DNA from: Nevskia sp.
Lineage (GTDB): Bacteria; Pseudomonadota; Gammaproteobacteria; Nevskiales; Nevskiaceae
Assembly (NCBI GenBank): GCA_030694365.1
Contig: JAUXYM010000083.1
Span: 1,901-65,900, forward strand
Length of the DNA stretch: 64,000 nucleotides
Reading direction: 5' to 3'
Positions 43,004-53,170 of the stretch are shown here, piece by piece. The notes beneath the pieces were generated by a model that saw nothing but the letters and a program-made list of their open reading frames with translations, searched no databases and was not told the origin of the DNA. Position 1 is the first letter of the stretch, and each line of letters opens with the position of its first letter. The position numbers were made by a program, and so were the translations under genes.

Positions 43004-44347
43004 TTACGCAGGTTGGGCCTGCTGCTGTGATTTCAACAGGTCTTCGAGCGACATCGGCTCGTCGGTCACCTGGGCGCCGGCGGCCAGTGTTTCGACAACC
43101 TGCTCTTCGAGCACCACACTGCGCAGGCGCTGCATCAGATCCTCGCGCGAGCGGTACAGCTTGCGCACTTCTTCCGGATCCTCGAAATCGCCGGCGACGT
43201 TGTCGAGCGCCGCATCAACACGTGCCGGCTCGATGCTGATGTTGCGGCTGGTGATCACTTCACCGACCAGCAGGCCCAGCGCCACGCGGCCCTTGGCACC
43301 CGGCTCGAACATCTCGCCCGGCAGCATCGCCTTGAGCTGTTCCGGCTTCATCTTGCTGATGTCGGCACCGCGGTTGGCACCGATGCGATTGATCGTCTCG
43401 GCGCGCATGCGGTCGACTTCCTCGGCCACCAGTCCGGCCGGCACATCGATCGGATGCATCGTCGCCAGCTGGTCCATCACTACGCGCTTGACCCGGGCGT
43501 TGACCGCCTTGGTCCGCTCGGCTTCCAGCGCTTCGCGGCACTTGGCGCGCAGCGCGTCGGCACCTCCTTCGTCGATGCCGTGGACCTTGAGGAACTCCTC
43601 GTCGAGTTCCGGCAACTGCGGCGCGCGCACTTCCTTGATCACGATGGTGAACACCGTGGCCTTGCCGGCCAGGGCTTCATTGCGATAGTCGGCCGGGAAA
43701 TTGACCGCCACATCGAAGGTTTCGCCGGCCGCATGACCGATCAAGCCGTTTTCCAGATCCGGCAGGAAGCGCGCTTCGCCGATCTCGATCGAGGCGTTGT
43801 CGCTCTTGCCGCCCTGGAAGGCTTCGCCATCGAGCTTGCCTTCGAAATCGACCGTCACCACGTCGCCGGCCTGGGCGGCGCGTTCGGCAGCCACCAAGCT
43901 GCGGCGCGCCTTGCGCAGGTTGTCGACCAGACGATCGACATCGGCTTCGGTCACCTCGACCAGCGGACGGCTGATCTTGATCTGGCTCAGATCGCCAAGC
44001 GTGATCTCCGGAAACACGTCGAAGCTCGCGGTGTAGACCAGTGCCTGGCCAAGACCTTCAGCAGTGACGTTGAAGCTCGGCGAACTCGCCGGCTGCAGCG
44101 CCGACTGGGTCAGCGCTTCCGGCCAGGTCTGGCGAACCAGTTCACCGACCGCGTCATTGCGCGCGTCGGCACCGTACTGCTGCTGGATGACCTTCAGCGG
44201 CGCCTTGCCCGGACGGAAGCCCGGGACGCGGGCGCGGCCGGCGAGGCGCTTGAGGCGCTCGCCCACTTCGCGTTCAAAGCGATCGGCCGGGATCGTGACA
44301 TGCAGCCGGCGCGTCAGACCGCCGGCGGTTTCGACTTGGACTTCCAT
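43004..44347 (-). CDS. tig: Trigger factor
   Basis: PGFRPGKAP ribosome-binding motif; FKBP domain; upstream of clpP. Confidence 0.97.
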   Translation of the reverse strand: MEVQVETAGGLTRRLHVTIPADRFEREVGERLKRLAGRARVPGFRPGKAPLKVIQQQYGADARNDAVGELVRQTWPEALTQSALQPASSPSFNVTAEGLGQALVYTASFDVFPEITLGDLSQIKISRPLVEVTEADVDRLVDNLRKARRSLVAAERAAQAGDVVTVDFEGKLDGEAFQGGKSDNASIEIGEARFLPDLENGLIGHAAGETFDVAVNFPADYRNEALAGKATVFTIVIKEVRAPQLPELDEEFLKVHGIDEGGADALRAKCREALEAERTKAVNARVKRVVMDQLATMHPIDVPAGLVAEEVDRMRAETINRIGANRGADISKMKPEQLKAMLPGEMFEPGAKGRVALGLLVGEVITSRNISIEPARVDAALDNVAGDFEDPEEVRKLYRSREDLMQRLRSVVLEEQVVETLAAGAQVTDEPMSLEDLLKSQQQAQPA

Positions 44348-44421
44348 CGTTCAAAGACTCTTGTAAAGGTGGTGATGATCTTTCCGACCGCTTCGCTCTG
44401 GGCGGGCGCTCTGTTGTTTTG

Positions 44422-44506
44422 TGGTGCGAAAGGCGAGACTCGAACTCGCACGCCTTGCGGCGCTGGAACCTAAATCCAGTGCGTCTACCAATTCCGCCAC
44501 TCTCGC
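44422..44506 (-). tRNA. tRNA-Leu(TAG)
   Basis: GCGAGAGTGGCGGAATTGG...TAG anticodon, long variable arm, AGTTCGAGTCT...CCA. Confidence 0.97.
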
Positions 44507-44742
44507 CGGTGCTTCCTGCTTCGGAACCGCATCCGCAGCGGCATTCGACACAAGCGTGGAGTATATCAGCGGCTGCCAGCCCGTAGACCTGCAGCAATCC
44601 GGGCACCAGACAGATCAACGTCCGACCTGACGATCAGGCCGCTACAAAGCCCGCGTCCGAACTGGGACACTAGCGCCCTGCTCCGCCCGGTCACCGTGAC
44701 CTCGTCGCGGCGCAGCAATCGATCGCCAGAGCCCGCACCGTT

Positions 44743-45783
44743 TTGTTCCAGTTCAGGTCGTCCAATTCTTCCGCATCACTGCGGCTGCCGCTGTTTGGCG
44801 GCCTGAGTCTGTTGCTGGTGGCTGCAACGGTATTCGCACTCAGCCGCGGCACCATCGCGATCGACTGGGCAACGCTGTTCGTGCCCGGAACCGAACAGGC
44901 CATGCAGACCACCGCCCTGCTCGAACTGCGCCTGCCGAGAGTGCTGCTGGCGCTGCTGATCGGGGCCGTACTCGCCCAGGCCGGTGCCGTCACCCAGGCG
45001 CTGTTCCGCAATCCGCTGGCCGAACCGGGGCTGATCGGAGTCTCCGCCGGTGCCGCCCTCGCCGCAGCGATCGTCTTTACCCGACTGGATCGGCTGGGTG
45101 ACCTGGCCGCCTGGCAGGGCCTGCTGCTGCCGGTTGCCGCTTTCGGCGGCGGCCTGCTCGCGGCGGTTGTCGTGCTGCGCCTGTCGCAGCGCGACGGCGT
45201 CACCCGGATGACCACGATGCTGCTCGCCGGCACCGCGATCAATGCCTTCGTCGCCGCGATCGTCGGCCTGCTGGCAACCAGCGCTGACGATCCCGGTCTG
45301 CGCGGCTTCACCCTGTGGATGTACGGCAACCTCGGCCGTGCCGGCTGGGGCGAAATCGCCATCGTCGGCCCGGTGTTGCTGGTCCTGCTGCTGTGGCTGC
45401 CACGCGAAGCGCGAGCGCTCGATGCCCTGCTGCTCGGCGATGCCGAAGCGCTGCATCTGGGCGTGCCGGTCGAACGTCTGAAGCGGCGCATCCTGATCGC
45501 CGTGGTGCTGGCGACGGCGGCGGCAGTGTCGCTGGCCGGCATCATCGGTTTCGTCGGGCTGATCGTGCCGCATGCGCTGCGTCTGATCGCCGGCCCCGGC
45601 CATCGCCTGCTGCTGCCAGCCTCGGCGCTGGCCGGTGCGCTGCTGCTGGTGCTGGCCGACACGGCGGCGCGCACCCTGGCGACGCCTGCGGAATGGCCGG
45701 TCGGCGCGCTGACCTCGGCGATCGGCGCGCCGTTCTTCCTGTTCCTGTTGTTACGGCTGCGCGACCGCGCAGGGCTGACATGA
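44743..45783 (+). CDS. FecCD/HmuU/BtuC family ABC permease
   Basis: RLPRVLL, LFRNPLAEPGLIGVSAGA, GDAEALHLG, GFVGLIVPH; start uncertain. Confidence 0.92.
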   Translation: MFQFRSSNSSASLRLPLFGGLSLLLVAATVFALSRGTIAIDWATLFVPGTEQAMQTTALLELRLPRVLLALLIGAVLAQAGAVTQALFRNPLAEPGLIGVSAGAALAAAIVFTRLDRLGDLAAWQGLLLPVAAFGGGLLAAVVVLRLSQRDGVTRMTTMLLAGTAINAFVAAIVGLLATSADDPGLRGFTLWMYGNLGRAGWGEIAIVGPVLLVLLLWLPREARALDALLLGDAEALHLGVPVERLKRRILIAVVLATAAAVSLAGIIGFVGLIVPHALRLIAGPGHRLLLPASALAGALLLVLADTAARTLATPAEWPVGALTSAIGAPFFLFLLLRLRDRAGLT

Positions 45784-46577
45784 GCTTGGCAGCGATTTCT
45801 GCCGGCTACGGCGTACGCGGCCAACGCCTGATCGACAATGCCAGCCTGAGCCTGCTGCCCGGCCAGTTGCACGTATTGCTCGGTCCGAACGGTGCCGGCA
45901 AATCGACCCTGCTGCGCCTGCTGGCCGGCGATCTGAAACCGGATGGCGGCCAGGTTGTCCTCGATGACCGGCCGCTTTCGGCATGGCCGAGCGCCGCGCT
46001 GGCCCGCCGTCGCGCGGTGATGATGCAGCGCGAGGATCTGCCGTTCCCGTTCCGGGTCGACGACGTGGTCGCCCTCGGTCGCCTGCCGTGGCAACGCAGC
46101 GCCGACGCGCCAGCCGAGCAAGCCATGGTCGCCGCCGCCTTGGTCGAAGCCGGTGCCGCCGGCCTCGCCGACCGCCGCTACAACGAACTGTCCGGCGGCG
46201 AGCGCGCCCGCGTCCAGCTAGCCCGGGCGCTGGTCCAGATCAGCGCGCCAGACGACCGCGAAGCCCGCTATCTGCTGCTCGACGAACCCACCGCCAGCCT
46301 CGATTTCGCGTTCCAGCATCACGGCCTGCTGACCATGCGCCGGCTCGCCGCGCGCGGTGTCGGCGTGCTGGCGATCCTGCAGGACCCGAATCTGGCCTTG
46401 CGCCACGCCGACACCGTGTCGCTGATCGAACGCGGCCGGATCATTGCTCACGGCCTGCCGAACGAGGTGCTGGCACCGGAACGCCTGTCGGCGCTTTACG
46501 GCCTGACCATCGAAGCGGTGCGTGGCCCGTCCGGCGCGATCTGCCAGTTGTTCGCCACCGGGTCGGCAAGCCGATGA
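45780..46577 (+). CDS. Heme-type ABC ATPase (HmuV-like)
   Basis: GPNGAGKST, LSGGERARVQLARALVQI, LLLDEPTASLD; ATG 45780 overlaps permease stop. Confidence 0.9.
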   Translation: MSLAAISAGYGVRGQRLIDNASLSLLPGQLHVLLGPNGAGKSTLLRLLAGDLKPDGGQVVLDDRPLSAWPSAALARRRAVMMQREDLPFPFRVDDVVALGRLPWQRSADAPAEQAMVAAALVEAGAAGLADRRYNELSGGERARVQLARALVQISAPDDREARYLLLDEPTASLDFAFQHHGLLTMRRLAARGVGVLAILQDPNLALRHADTVSLIERGRIIAHGLPNEVLAPERLSALYGLTIEAVRGPSGAICQLFATGSASR

Positions 46578-49500
46578 ACCGGCGCGATCAACCCTCGTCG
46601 ATCGAACGGTGCCTGCGCTGGCACCAGGGACTGCAATTCCGCCTCGGGCTGCTGTTCGCACTGCTGCTGGCGATCCTCGGCGGCGTCGCCTTCTTCGCCG
46701 CGGATCGCTTGATCGGCCGCGGCCTGGAACAGGCGACGTTCCGCTTCGAGACCGTGATCAACCAGCGGTTGCTCGCCGAGACCGGCGAGATCGTCCGCAA
46801 TGCCGAGCAGTTCGCACAAATGCTGGCGCTGACCGCCGCCAACCCCGATGCCGCACTGCGGGCGCGCCTCGGCGAACGTCTGCTGCAGAACCTGCCGGTG
46901 GCCGGCTACGGCCTGTGGCCGGAGCCCGTGAATACCAGCGCCGGCACGCGACGCAGCAGCCAGTTCTGGCGGATCGCCGACAACGGCAAGCCCGAGGCTC
47001 GCGACGATTACAACGCGCCAGATGCCATCGCCTACTGGCGCGAGCCCTGGTACACACCGTCGCGCATCGCCGGCGGCAGCCGCTGCCTGTGGTCGCCGGT
47101 CTATCGCGATCCGCTGCTCGCCCGCGAGGTGGTGACCTGCAGCGTTGCCATCATCGGTAGCCGCGGCTTCGATGGCATTGCCACCGTCAGCCTCGATATC
47201 GCCCGGATGAGCCAGCGGTTCATGGCCGACGGCGATACCCTGCGCAGCTATGCCCTGCTCAGCGATCGCAGCGGCCAGCTGCTGGCGGTATCGGCACTGG
47301 CTCGCAAGCAGCTCGGTGCCGATGTCGGCGCCAGCCGCAATCTGTCGGAACTGTCCCAGCGCGAAGGCCGCTACAACCCTGTGGCGCTGGCGATCCATCG
47401 CCGCAACGAAGCGTTCCGGGCCGATGCACTGCGTTCGTCAAGCTACGACGCTCGCCTGGTGTCGTCGCTGAAAGACAACAGCCGCGACTTGTCGCGCATC
47501 GCCGCCGAAGACGCCCTCGCCGCCGCCTGGAACGCCAGCGATGGCCGCGCTGCCGATCCGCCGGAGCGCCTGAAGCTGGACGCCGATCCGGTGCTCGGCG
47601 ACAGCAGTTACGCGCTGCTGTCGACGCTGCCCGGCACCGGCTGGCAACTGCTCAGCGTGTCGTCCTCGCGTGATGGCAGTGACGCCACCCTTCATCTGAT
47701 CACCCAGGCGATGGCCTTGATGCTCGGCACCTCGGCACTGGTCCTGGTCATCGCCTTCCTGCTGTTGCGGGGTCTGGTGATCCGGCCGGTGCGCAAGATG
47801 ACGGCCGCACTGGCTCAAGCCGAGCGCGACGGCAATGGTCTCGGCGTCACCCTGGACGAATCCGGCACCGGCGAGCTGCGCCTGCTCGCGCACTGGCATA
47901 ACGAGCACAGCGCGATCCTGCGTGACGTCCAGGATCGCGCCAGCCTCGCGATCAGCCAGTTGCACAGCGAGAGGGCGGAGCGGGTTCGCGCCCAGGACCA
48001 GGCGCTGCGTCTCGGCGATCGCAACCAGTTGCTGATGAATACGCTGGATGACGGCATCGCCGTGCTCGACGAACAGGGCGCGATCGTCGAGCTGAATGCC
48101 ACCGCCGAGCAATGGCTGTCGACCACCCAGCGCAGCGCTCGCGGCGCGCCGTTCGGCTCGGTGCTGCAGGCCCGGCTCGGCAGTCTCGAGGGCCCGACGC
48201 TGCCGGACCTGATGCAGCAGATCCGGGAGACCGGCACGCGCATCGATTTTGCTGACGGCGTGATGCTCGAAGGTAACGGCACCCCAAGCCATGATCGGGG
48301 GCAGGACATGGACCGCGAACTGGGCCTGAGCGCAGTGCCGATCCGCAGCCGCGTCGACCGCATCACCGGCTGCCTCGTCGTACTGCGCCGCGCCGGTGGA
48401 CAGCGAGTGGCCGGCCCCTTGTCGGGCAGCGTCGCCCAGGAGTTCGTCGATCCAGTCACCGGGCTCGGCGGCCGCAAGGCCTGCGAGCGGCGCGTGCGTG
48501 AACTGCAAGCGCAAGCCCAGAACGCGGGTCGCGAAGCGCGCAGCGATGCACCGCTGCAGGTGCTGGCGAAGCTCGATTTCCCGGAACTGCGACGGGTCCG
48601 CGAAACCCGCAGCCACAGCGATGCCGATGCTCTCGCCGCGCGCTGCGGCGAACGTCTGGCAGCACTCTGCGGCGGTTCGAACCACGTGTTCCGTCTGGCA
48701 TCGGACCGCTTCGCCGTGCTGATCGAAACCCAGACCGGCGACCAGGCGCGGCTCGATGCCGAAGCGCTTCGTGCGCACATCGCCGAACAACGTCTCCGGG
48801 TCAGTGGAAATGGGGGCGACGAATGGATCGAGGTGCATGCCGTGATCGGCCTGTGCCTGATTTCGGCCGATATCGGCTCGGCAGCCGAAGTCATGCGCCG
48901 CGCGGGTATCGCCTGCGACCACGCCCGCAACGGTCAGGCCGTGGTGTTGCACGGTGCCGAACTGGAAGTCGGCAGTGGTATCGACCAGGAAACGCTGTGG
49001 GTACGGCGTATCGAGCGCGGCCTGGAAGAGCGCCTGTTCCATGTCACCACCCAGCGCCTGCAGCCGTCCCGCACCCTGGTATCGGAAGGCGAGGTGTTCG
49101 AAGTGCTGCTGGCGCTCGAAGACGAGGAAGGTTTCTGGGCACCGTCGTCGCTGTTCCTGCCGATCGCCGAACGTCACTTGCTGGGCTCGTTGCTTGATCG
49201 CTGGGTGATCCAGGCCGTGTTCGAGCAACTGGCCGCCGACAGCGCGCTGTGCGGCCGGCTGGCGATCTGCGGCCTGCATTTGTCCGAGGATTCGCTGCAC
49301 GACGCCACGCTGATCTCGTTCATCGCCGAGCAGATCAACCGCCATCCGCAGGTGCCGATCGGCAAGCTCTGCTTCGAACTGCGCGACGACACGCTGACCG
49401 GCAATCCGCAGCAAGCCAAGCGCTGCTGTGAAGCGCTGAAGCGGCTCGGCGCGACGATCGCCATCGATCACCGCACCGGCCGCCAGATCGGTTATGTCGA

Positions 49501-49747
49501 ACAGTTGCGTGGCATGCCCGTGGACTACGTGAAGCTCGATGCCTCGCAGTTCCGGCGCATCGCCGACGACGACATCGAACAGATGCTCGCCGAATCAGCG
49601 CTGAAACTGGCCAGACTGATCGGCGGCCGCACCATCGTCGGCGAGATCGACAGCGAAGCGCAGGCCACCGTCTGGCGGCGGCTCGGCGCTGACTACCTGC
49701 AGGGCCCGGTGATCGCCCGGATCAGCCCGGTACCGTTCAGGAACTGA
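46574..49747 (+). CDS. Membrane sensor: Cache-like, HAMP, PAS, degenerate GGDEF, degenerate EAL
   Basis: Two TMs flank a periplasmic domain (PWY, WSPVYRD); DPVTGL, ASDRF in place of GGDEF; EVLLAL and IDHRTG in place of EALxR and DDFGTG; ATG 46574 overlaps upstream stop. Confidence 0.85.
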   Translation: MNRRDQPSSIERCLRWHQGLQFRLGLLFALLLAILGGVAFFAADRLIGRGLEQATFRFETVINQRLLAETGEIVRNAEQFAQMLALTAANPDAALRARLGERLLQNLPVAGYGLWPEPVNTSAGTRRSSQFWRIADNGKPEARDDYNAPDAIAYWREPWYTPSRIAGGSRCLWSPVYRDPLLAREVVTCSVAIIGSRGFDGIATVSLDIARMSQRFMADGDTLRSYALLSDRSGQLLAVSALARKQLGADVGASRNLSELSQREGRYNPVALAIHRRNEAFRADALRSSSYDARLVSSLKDNSRDLSRIAAEDALAAAWNASDGRAADPPERLKLDADPVLGDSSYALLSTLPGTGWQLLSVSSSRDGSDATLHLITQAMALMLGTSALVLVIAFLLLRGLVIRPVRKMTAALAQAERDGNGLGVTLDESGTGELRLLAHWHNEHSAILRDVQDRASLAISQLHSERAERVRAQDQALRLGDRNQLLMNTLDDGIAVLDEQGAIVELNATAEQWLSTTQRSARGAPFGSVLQARLGSLEGPTLPDLMQQIRETGTRIDFADGVMLEGNGTPSHDRGQDMDRELGLSAVPIRSRVDRITGCLVVLRRAGGQRVAGPLSGSVAQEFVDPVTGLGGRKACERRVRELQAQAQNAGREARSDAPLQVLAKLDFPELRRVRETRSHSDADALAARCGERLAALCGGSNHVFRLASDRFAVLIETQTGDQARLDAEALRAHIAEQRLRVSGNGGDEWIEVHAVIGLCLISADIGSAAEVMRRAGIACDHARNGQAVVLHGAELEVGSGIDQETLWVRRIERGLEERLFHVTTQRLQPSRTLVSEGEVFEVLLALEDEEGFWAPSSLFLPIAERHLLGSLLDRWVIQAVFEQLAADSALCGRLAICGLHLSEDSLHDATLISFIAEQINRHPQVPIGKLCFELRDDTLTGNPQQAKRCCEALKRLGATIAIDHRTGRQIGYVEQLRGMPVDYVKLDASQFRRIADDDIEQMLAESALKLARLIGGRTIVGEIDSEAQATVWRRLGADYLQGPVIARISPVPFRN

Positions 49748-49756
49748 GGCAACGGC

Positions 49757-51220
49757 TCATGTAGTGGGCTTGTTCGGATCGCGCCAGGCGCGCTCGAACG
49801 GCAGACGCCAGGCATGCGGGGCGACCAGTTGGTGAATCGCCTTCGGCCCCCAGGAACCCTGTTCGTAGAAGCGCACCGGCGGCGGCGATTCCAGTAGCTC
49901 TGCCGAAACTTCCCAGAGCCGTTCGATGCCTTCGGCCGTCGTGAACAAGGTGTGGTCGCCGCGCATCGCGTCGAGGATCAGCCGTTCATAGGCTTCCAGC
50001 ACATCGCCGATCAGGCCGGTGTCGTGCATCGCGAACTGCAGGCTCAGCTTGTCCAGCCGCATACCCGGGCCGGGTCGCTTGCCGTAGAAAGACAGGCTCA
50101 TCTTCGAGGCGTCAGCAAGATCGAAAGTCAGATGATCCGGGCCTTGCGCGCCGACGCCGGAGCCGACCGGAAACATGCTTTTCGGCGGCTCGCGGAAAGC
50201 GATCGAAATGATCCGCTGGCCTTCGGCCAGACGCTTGCCGGTGCGCAGATAGAACGGCACGCCGGCCCAGCGCCAGTTGTCGATCGCGCATTTCAGCGCA
50301 ATGAAGGTTTCGGTGTCCGACTCCGGATCGACACCGGCCTCGGCGCGGTAGCCAGCGTACTGACCGCGCACGACATTGGCCGGATCGATCGCCAGCATGC
50401 TGCGAAAGACCTTGTTCTTCTCTTCGCTGATCGGCCTGGGTTCCAGCGCCGTTGGCGGCTCCATGGCCATGAACGCGAGGATCTGGAACAGGTGGGTGAC
50501 GACCATGTCGCGAAACGCGCCGGTCTGCTCGTAGAAACCGGCGCGCGTTCCCAGCGCCAGCGTTTCCGGCACGTCGATCTGCACGTGATCGATGAAGTTG
50601 CGGTTCCAGATCGGTTCGAACAGGCCATTGGCGAACCGGAACGCGAGGATGTTCTGCGCCGGTTCCTTGCCAAGGAAATGATCGATGCGGAAGATCTGCT
50701 CCTCGCTGAACACCTGGTGCAGCTTGCCGTTCAAGAGGACCGCGCTGGCCAGATCGGTGCCGAACGGTTTTTCCATGATGATCCGCGAGCGCTCGACCAG
50801 CCCGGCTTCCTTGAGCATGCCGACCGCCGACAAGGCCGCGTTCGGCGGCACACTGAGGTAGTGCAGCCGGCGACTTTCGCCCTTGAACGAAGCTTCCGCA
50901 GCATCGGCCGCTGCTCTGAGCACCGCGGCGCCGGCCGATAGCGGCACGTAGTCCAGCTTCGCCGCGAAAGCATTCCAGGCTTCGTCCTTCGGCTTGCGGC
51001 TGCCAAAATCGTCGAGCGCCTTGCGGGCAATGCTCCGGAAGCCATCGACGTCGATATCGTCGAGCGACACGCCGATGATCCGGCAGTCCGGCATGAAGCC
51101 GGCGCTGGCGAGATGGAACAGACCCGGCAGCAACTTGCGCCGCGCCAGATCGCCGGTAGCGCCGAACAGAATCACCACCTGCGGAAATCGCGGCCCTACG
51201 CCCGGCGGAATCTTGGCCAT
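49757..51220 (-). CDS. zwf: Glucose-6-phosphate 1-dehydrogenase
   Basis: [36 protein letters not shown]; start trimmed to MAKIPP. Confidence 0.95.
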   Translation of the reverse strand: MAKIPPGVGPRFPQVVILFGATGDLARRKLLPGLFHLASAGFMPDCRIIGVSLDDIDVDGFRSIARKALDDFGSRKPKDEAWNAFAAKLDYVPLSAGAAVLRAAADAAEASFKGESRRLHYLSVPPNAALSAVGMLKEAGLVERSRIIMEKPFGTDLASAVLLNGKLHQVFSEEQIFRIDHFLGKEPAQNILAFRFANGLFEPIWNRNFIDHVQIDVPETLALGTRAGFYEQTGAFRDMVVTHLFQILAFMAMEPPTALEPRPISEEKNKVFRSMLAIDPANVVRGQYAGYRAEAGVDPESDTETFIALKCAIDNWRWAGVPFYLRTGKRLAEGQRIISIAFREPPKSMFPVGSGVGAQGPDHLTFDLADASKMSLSFYGKRPGPGMRLDKLSLQFAMHDTGLIGDVLEAYERLILDAMRGDHTLFTTAEGIERLWEVSAELLESPPPVRFYEQGSWGPKAIHQLVAPHAWRLPFERAWRDPNKPTT

Positions 51221-51313
51221 CGTCGAAGCCTCTGATCGTCTGTGATGCCGGCAAGCCCGGGCTACGCGGATACGCAAAACGGACGCCAAGTGCGGCACCT
51301 TGGCTGAAGCGGC

Positions 51314-51700
51314 TCAGCGCGCCGCTTCGATCTGCTCGATTCTCAGCTCCAGCGTTTCGCGGTCCTGCCAGCGGTTGATCGCCAACTGGTAGACGGCGCG
51401 AACCCGGCCACCATCGACGGCAGTCTCGGCACCATTGAAATGTACCGCGTTGATCACGCCCTGCAGCCCGCGCAGGCGGTAGCGCACATGGTTGCCGTCC
51501 TTGCCGATCGGGCGCAGATCGATGACCTCGAACTCGCCGTCGAAGCGCGGCTCCGGAAAACCCTGGCCCCAGGGCCCGGCGGAATCGATCAGATGCGCGG
51601 TATCGAGCACGGACTCCTGCGCGCCCAGTTCACCATCGCTGTCGATGACCTGGGCCAGCGCATCGGCGTCGAGCAAGGCACGGCACTGCGCATCGAAGAC
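51314..51700 (-). pseudogene. recJ: 3' fragment of ssDNA exonuclease RecJ (C-terminal OB region only)
   Basis: SDGEL, GPWGQGFPEPRFDGEF, YQLAINRWQ motifs; no DHH domain and no proper start. Confidence 0.8.
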
Positions 51701-51944
51701 GGTGCGGGAAGAGAAACGAAAGCAGGTGATTCGCTTGCGACGCCGTGGGCGTTCCAGACGTTCATCACGCTGACCAGCACCGGCCCGCTCGCTTTCCCGG
51801 ATATCAACGGCCAGTTTGCTGCCGCCCGCAGCCGCTTGCCGGCCATTCCGATTTTGCCGGCACCGAGCCGTTCGCCGTTCTGATTCCGGCTTGAGGGTAG
51901 CGGCCGGGGACGCTGAGATGGTCAGCCTCCGGCCGCTGCCTGCT

Positions 51945-52544
51945 CTAGACCGGCAGGCGCCCGCTGATCGCTCGCGCCAGGGTGCCGCCATCGACGTACT
52001 CCAACTCGCCCCCCATCGGCACGCCGTGGGCGATGCGGGTGACGGCAACGTTCTGACTGCGCGCCAGTTCGGCCAGGTACCAGGCGGTCGCCTCGCCTTC
52101 GACGCTGGGGTTGATCGCGATGATCAGTTCGCGCACCGAGCCATCAGCGAGCAGCCTGGCGAGCGTTTCCAGGCCGAGTTCGGCCGGGCCGATGCCGTCC
52201 AACGGCGACAGCTTGCCCATCAGCACAAAGTAGCGACCGCGATAACCGGCGGCGTTCTCGATCGCCAGCAGATCGGCGGGTGCCTCGACCACGCAAAGCT
52301 GGCCGGTCGCCTCGCGCGCTGCCGCGCAATACCGGCACTGCTGATCCTCGCGGAACATTCGGCAGCTTGGGCAGCGCTCGATGCCGGTCAGCGCTTCGGC
52401 CAGGGTCGTGGTCAGGTAAGCGGCGCCATCACGATCGCGATCGAGCAGGTGAAACGCCATTCGCTGCGCAGACTTCGGGCCGACGCCGGGCAAGCGGCGC
52501 AGTGCTTCGATCAGACGACTCAGACGCGGCGAATAGGTGGCCAT
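51945..52544 (-). CDS. recR: Recombination mediator RecR
   Basis: LPGVGPKSAQR, CxxC..CxxC, EGEATA, RIAHGVPMGGELEY. Confidence 0.97.
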   Translation of the reverse strand: MATYSPRLSRLIEALRRLPGVGPKSAQRMAFHLLDRDRDGAAYLTTTLAEALTGIERCPSCRMFREDQQCRYCAAAREATGQLCVVEAPADLLAIENAAGYRGRYFVLMGKLSPLDGIGPAELGLETLARLLADGSVRELIIAINPSVEGEATAWYLAELARSQNVAVTRIAHGVPMGGELEYVDGGTLARAISGRLPV

Positions 52545-52574
52545 CGGGGCTTCGGGCTCGTCGAAAAAAGCTAT

Positions 52575-52728
52575 CTCACGCGGAGAACGCGGAGGACGCA
52601 GAGAACGGCGAAAAGCGATTCACGTGAAACAAGCCAAGAGAGGCATCGGAAATCGCCGTTCCTTTCCTGAACTCCGTGCGCAAGTTCTTCAAGGCTTTTC
52701 TCTGCGTACTCCGCGTTCTCCGCGTGAG
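52575..52728. repeat. Palindromic element family A, copy 2 (ybaB-recR spacer)
   Basis: 31-bp inverted arms CTCACGCGGAGAACGCGGAG(G/T)ACGCAGAGAA with one mismatch. Confidence 0.9.
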
Positions 52729-52752
52729 GAAAGGCTTTCGTGCGGCCGGCCT

Positions 52753-53070
52753 TCAGAAACCCATGCCCGGCGGCAGGTTCATGCCGGCGGTGACCTTGGC
52801 CATCTTTTCCGAGGAGTGACGTTCAAGCTTCTGCGAAGCGTCGTTGATCGCGGCGGCGATCAGATCTTCGAGAAATTCCTTGTCTTCCTTCAGCGCTTCC
52901 GGATCGATGACCACGCGCTTGGCTTCGTGCTTGCCATTGAGCGTGATCTTGACCATGCCGGCACCGGACTCGCCGGTGATCTCGGCAGCGGCGATCTCGG
53001 CCTGGACCTTCTTCATCGATTCCTGCGCTTGTTGCGCCTGGCGCATCAGCTGCGCGAGCGGACCTTTCAT
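52753..53070 (-). CDS. ybaB: YbaB/EbfC nucleoid-associated protein
   Basis: [23 protein letters not shown]; between dnaX and recR. Confidence 0.96.
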   Translation of the reverse strand: MKGPLAQLMRQAQQAQESMKKVQAEIAAAEITGESGAGMVKITLNGKHEAKRVVIDPEALKEDKEFLEDLIAAAINDASQKLERHSSEKMAKVTAGMNLPPGMGF

Positions 53071-53112
53071 TTCATCTCTCCTGCGGGGTTCTTGCGGGCT
53101 TGACCAGCGACG

Positions 53113-53137
53113 ATGGGGCCACGCCTCGGGACTTCAA
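53113..53137 (-). promoter_or_regulatory. Putative sigma-32 promoter of ybaB-recR
   Basis: Minus strand TTGAAG-N13-CCCCAT. Confidence 0.55.
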
Positions 53138-53170
53138 TTGGGGGTTCTGCAGTGATCGCTCAGTCAGCGA

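Noticed and set aside
37534-44506. tRNAs as island attachment sites
   Set aside because: 3' ends face core genes (ppiD, tig); no integrase or duplicated tRNA end seen
44570-44600. AGCCCGTAGACCTGC resembling a cobalamin riboswitch B12 box upstream of the permease
   Set aside because: Other conserved elements (GGGAA, GCCACTG, GGGAAG) were not found; an Infernal search with the cobalamin model would settle it
45983-46573. N-terminal extension of the EAL ORF, and 45315-45779 extension of the ATPase ORF
   Set aside because: Alternative frames of upstream genes; ATGA-coupled starts at 46574 and 45780 fit better
51314-52048. 244-aa ORF as an intact gene
   Set aside because: Start lies inside recR and the first half has no protein-like signal; only the RecJ-like 3' part is credible
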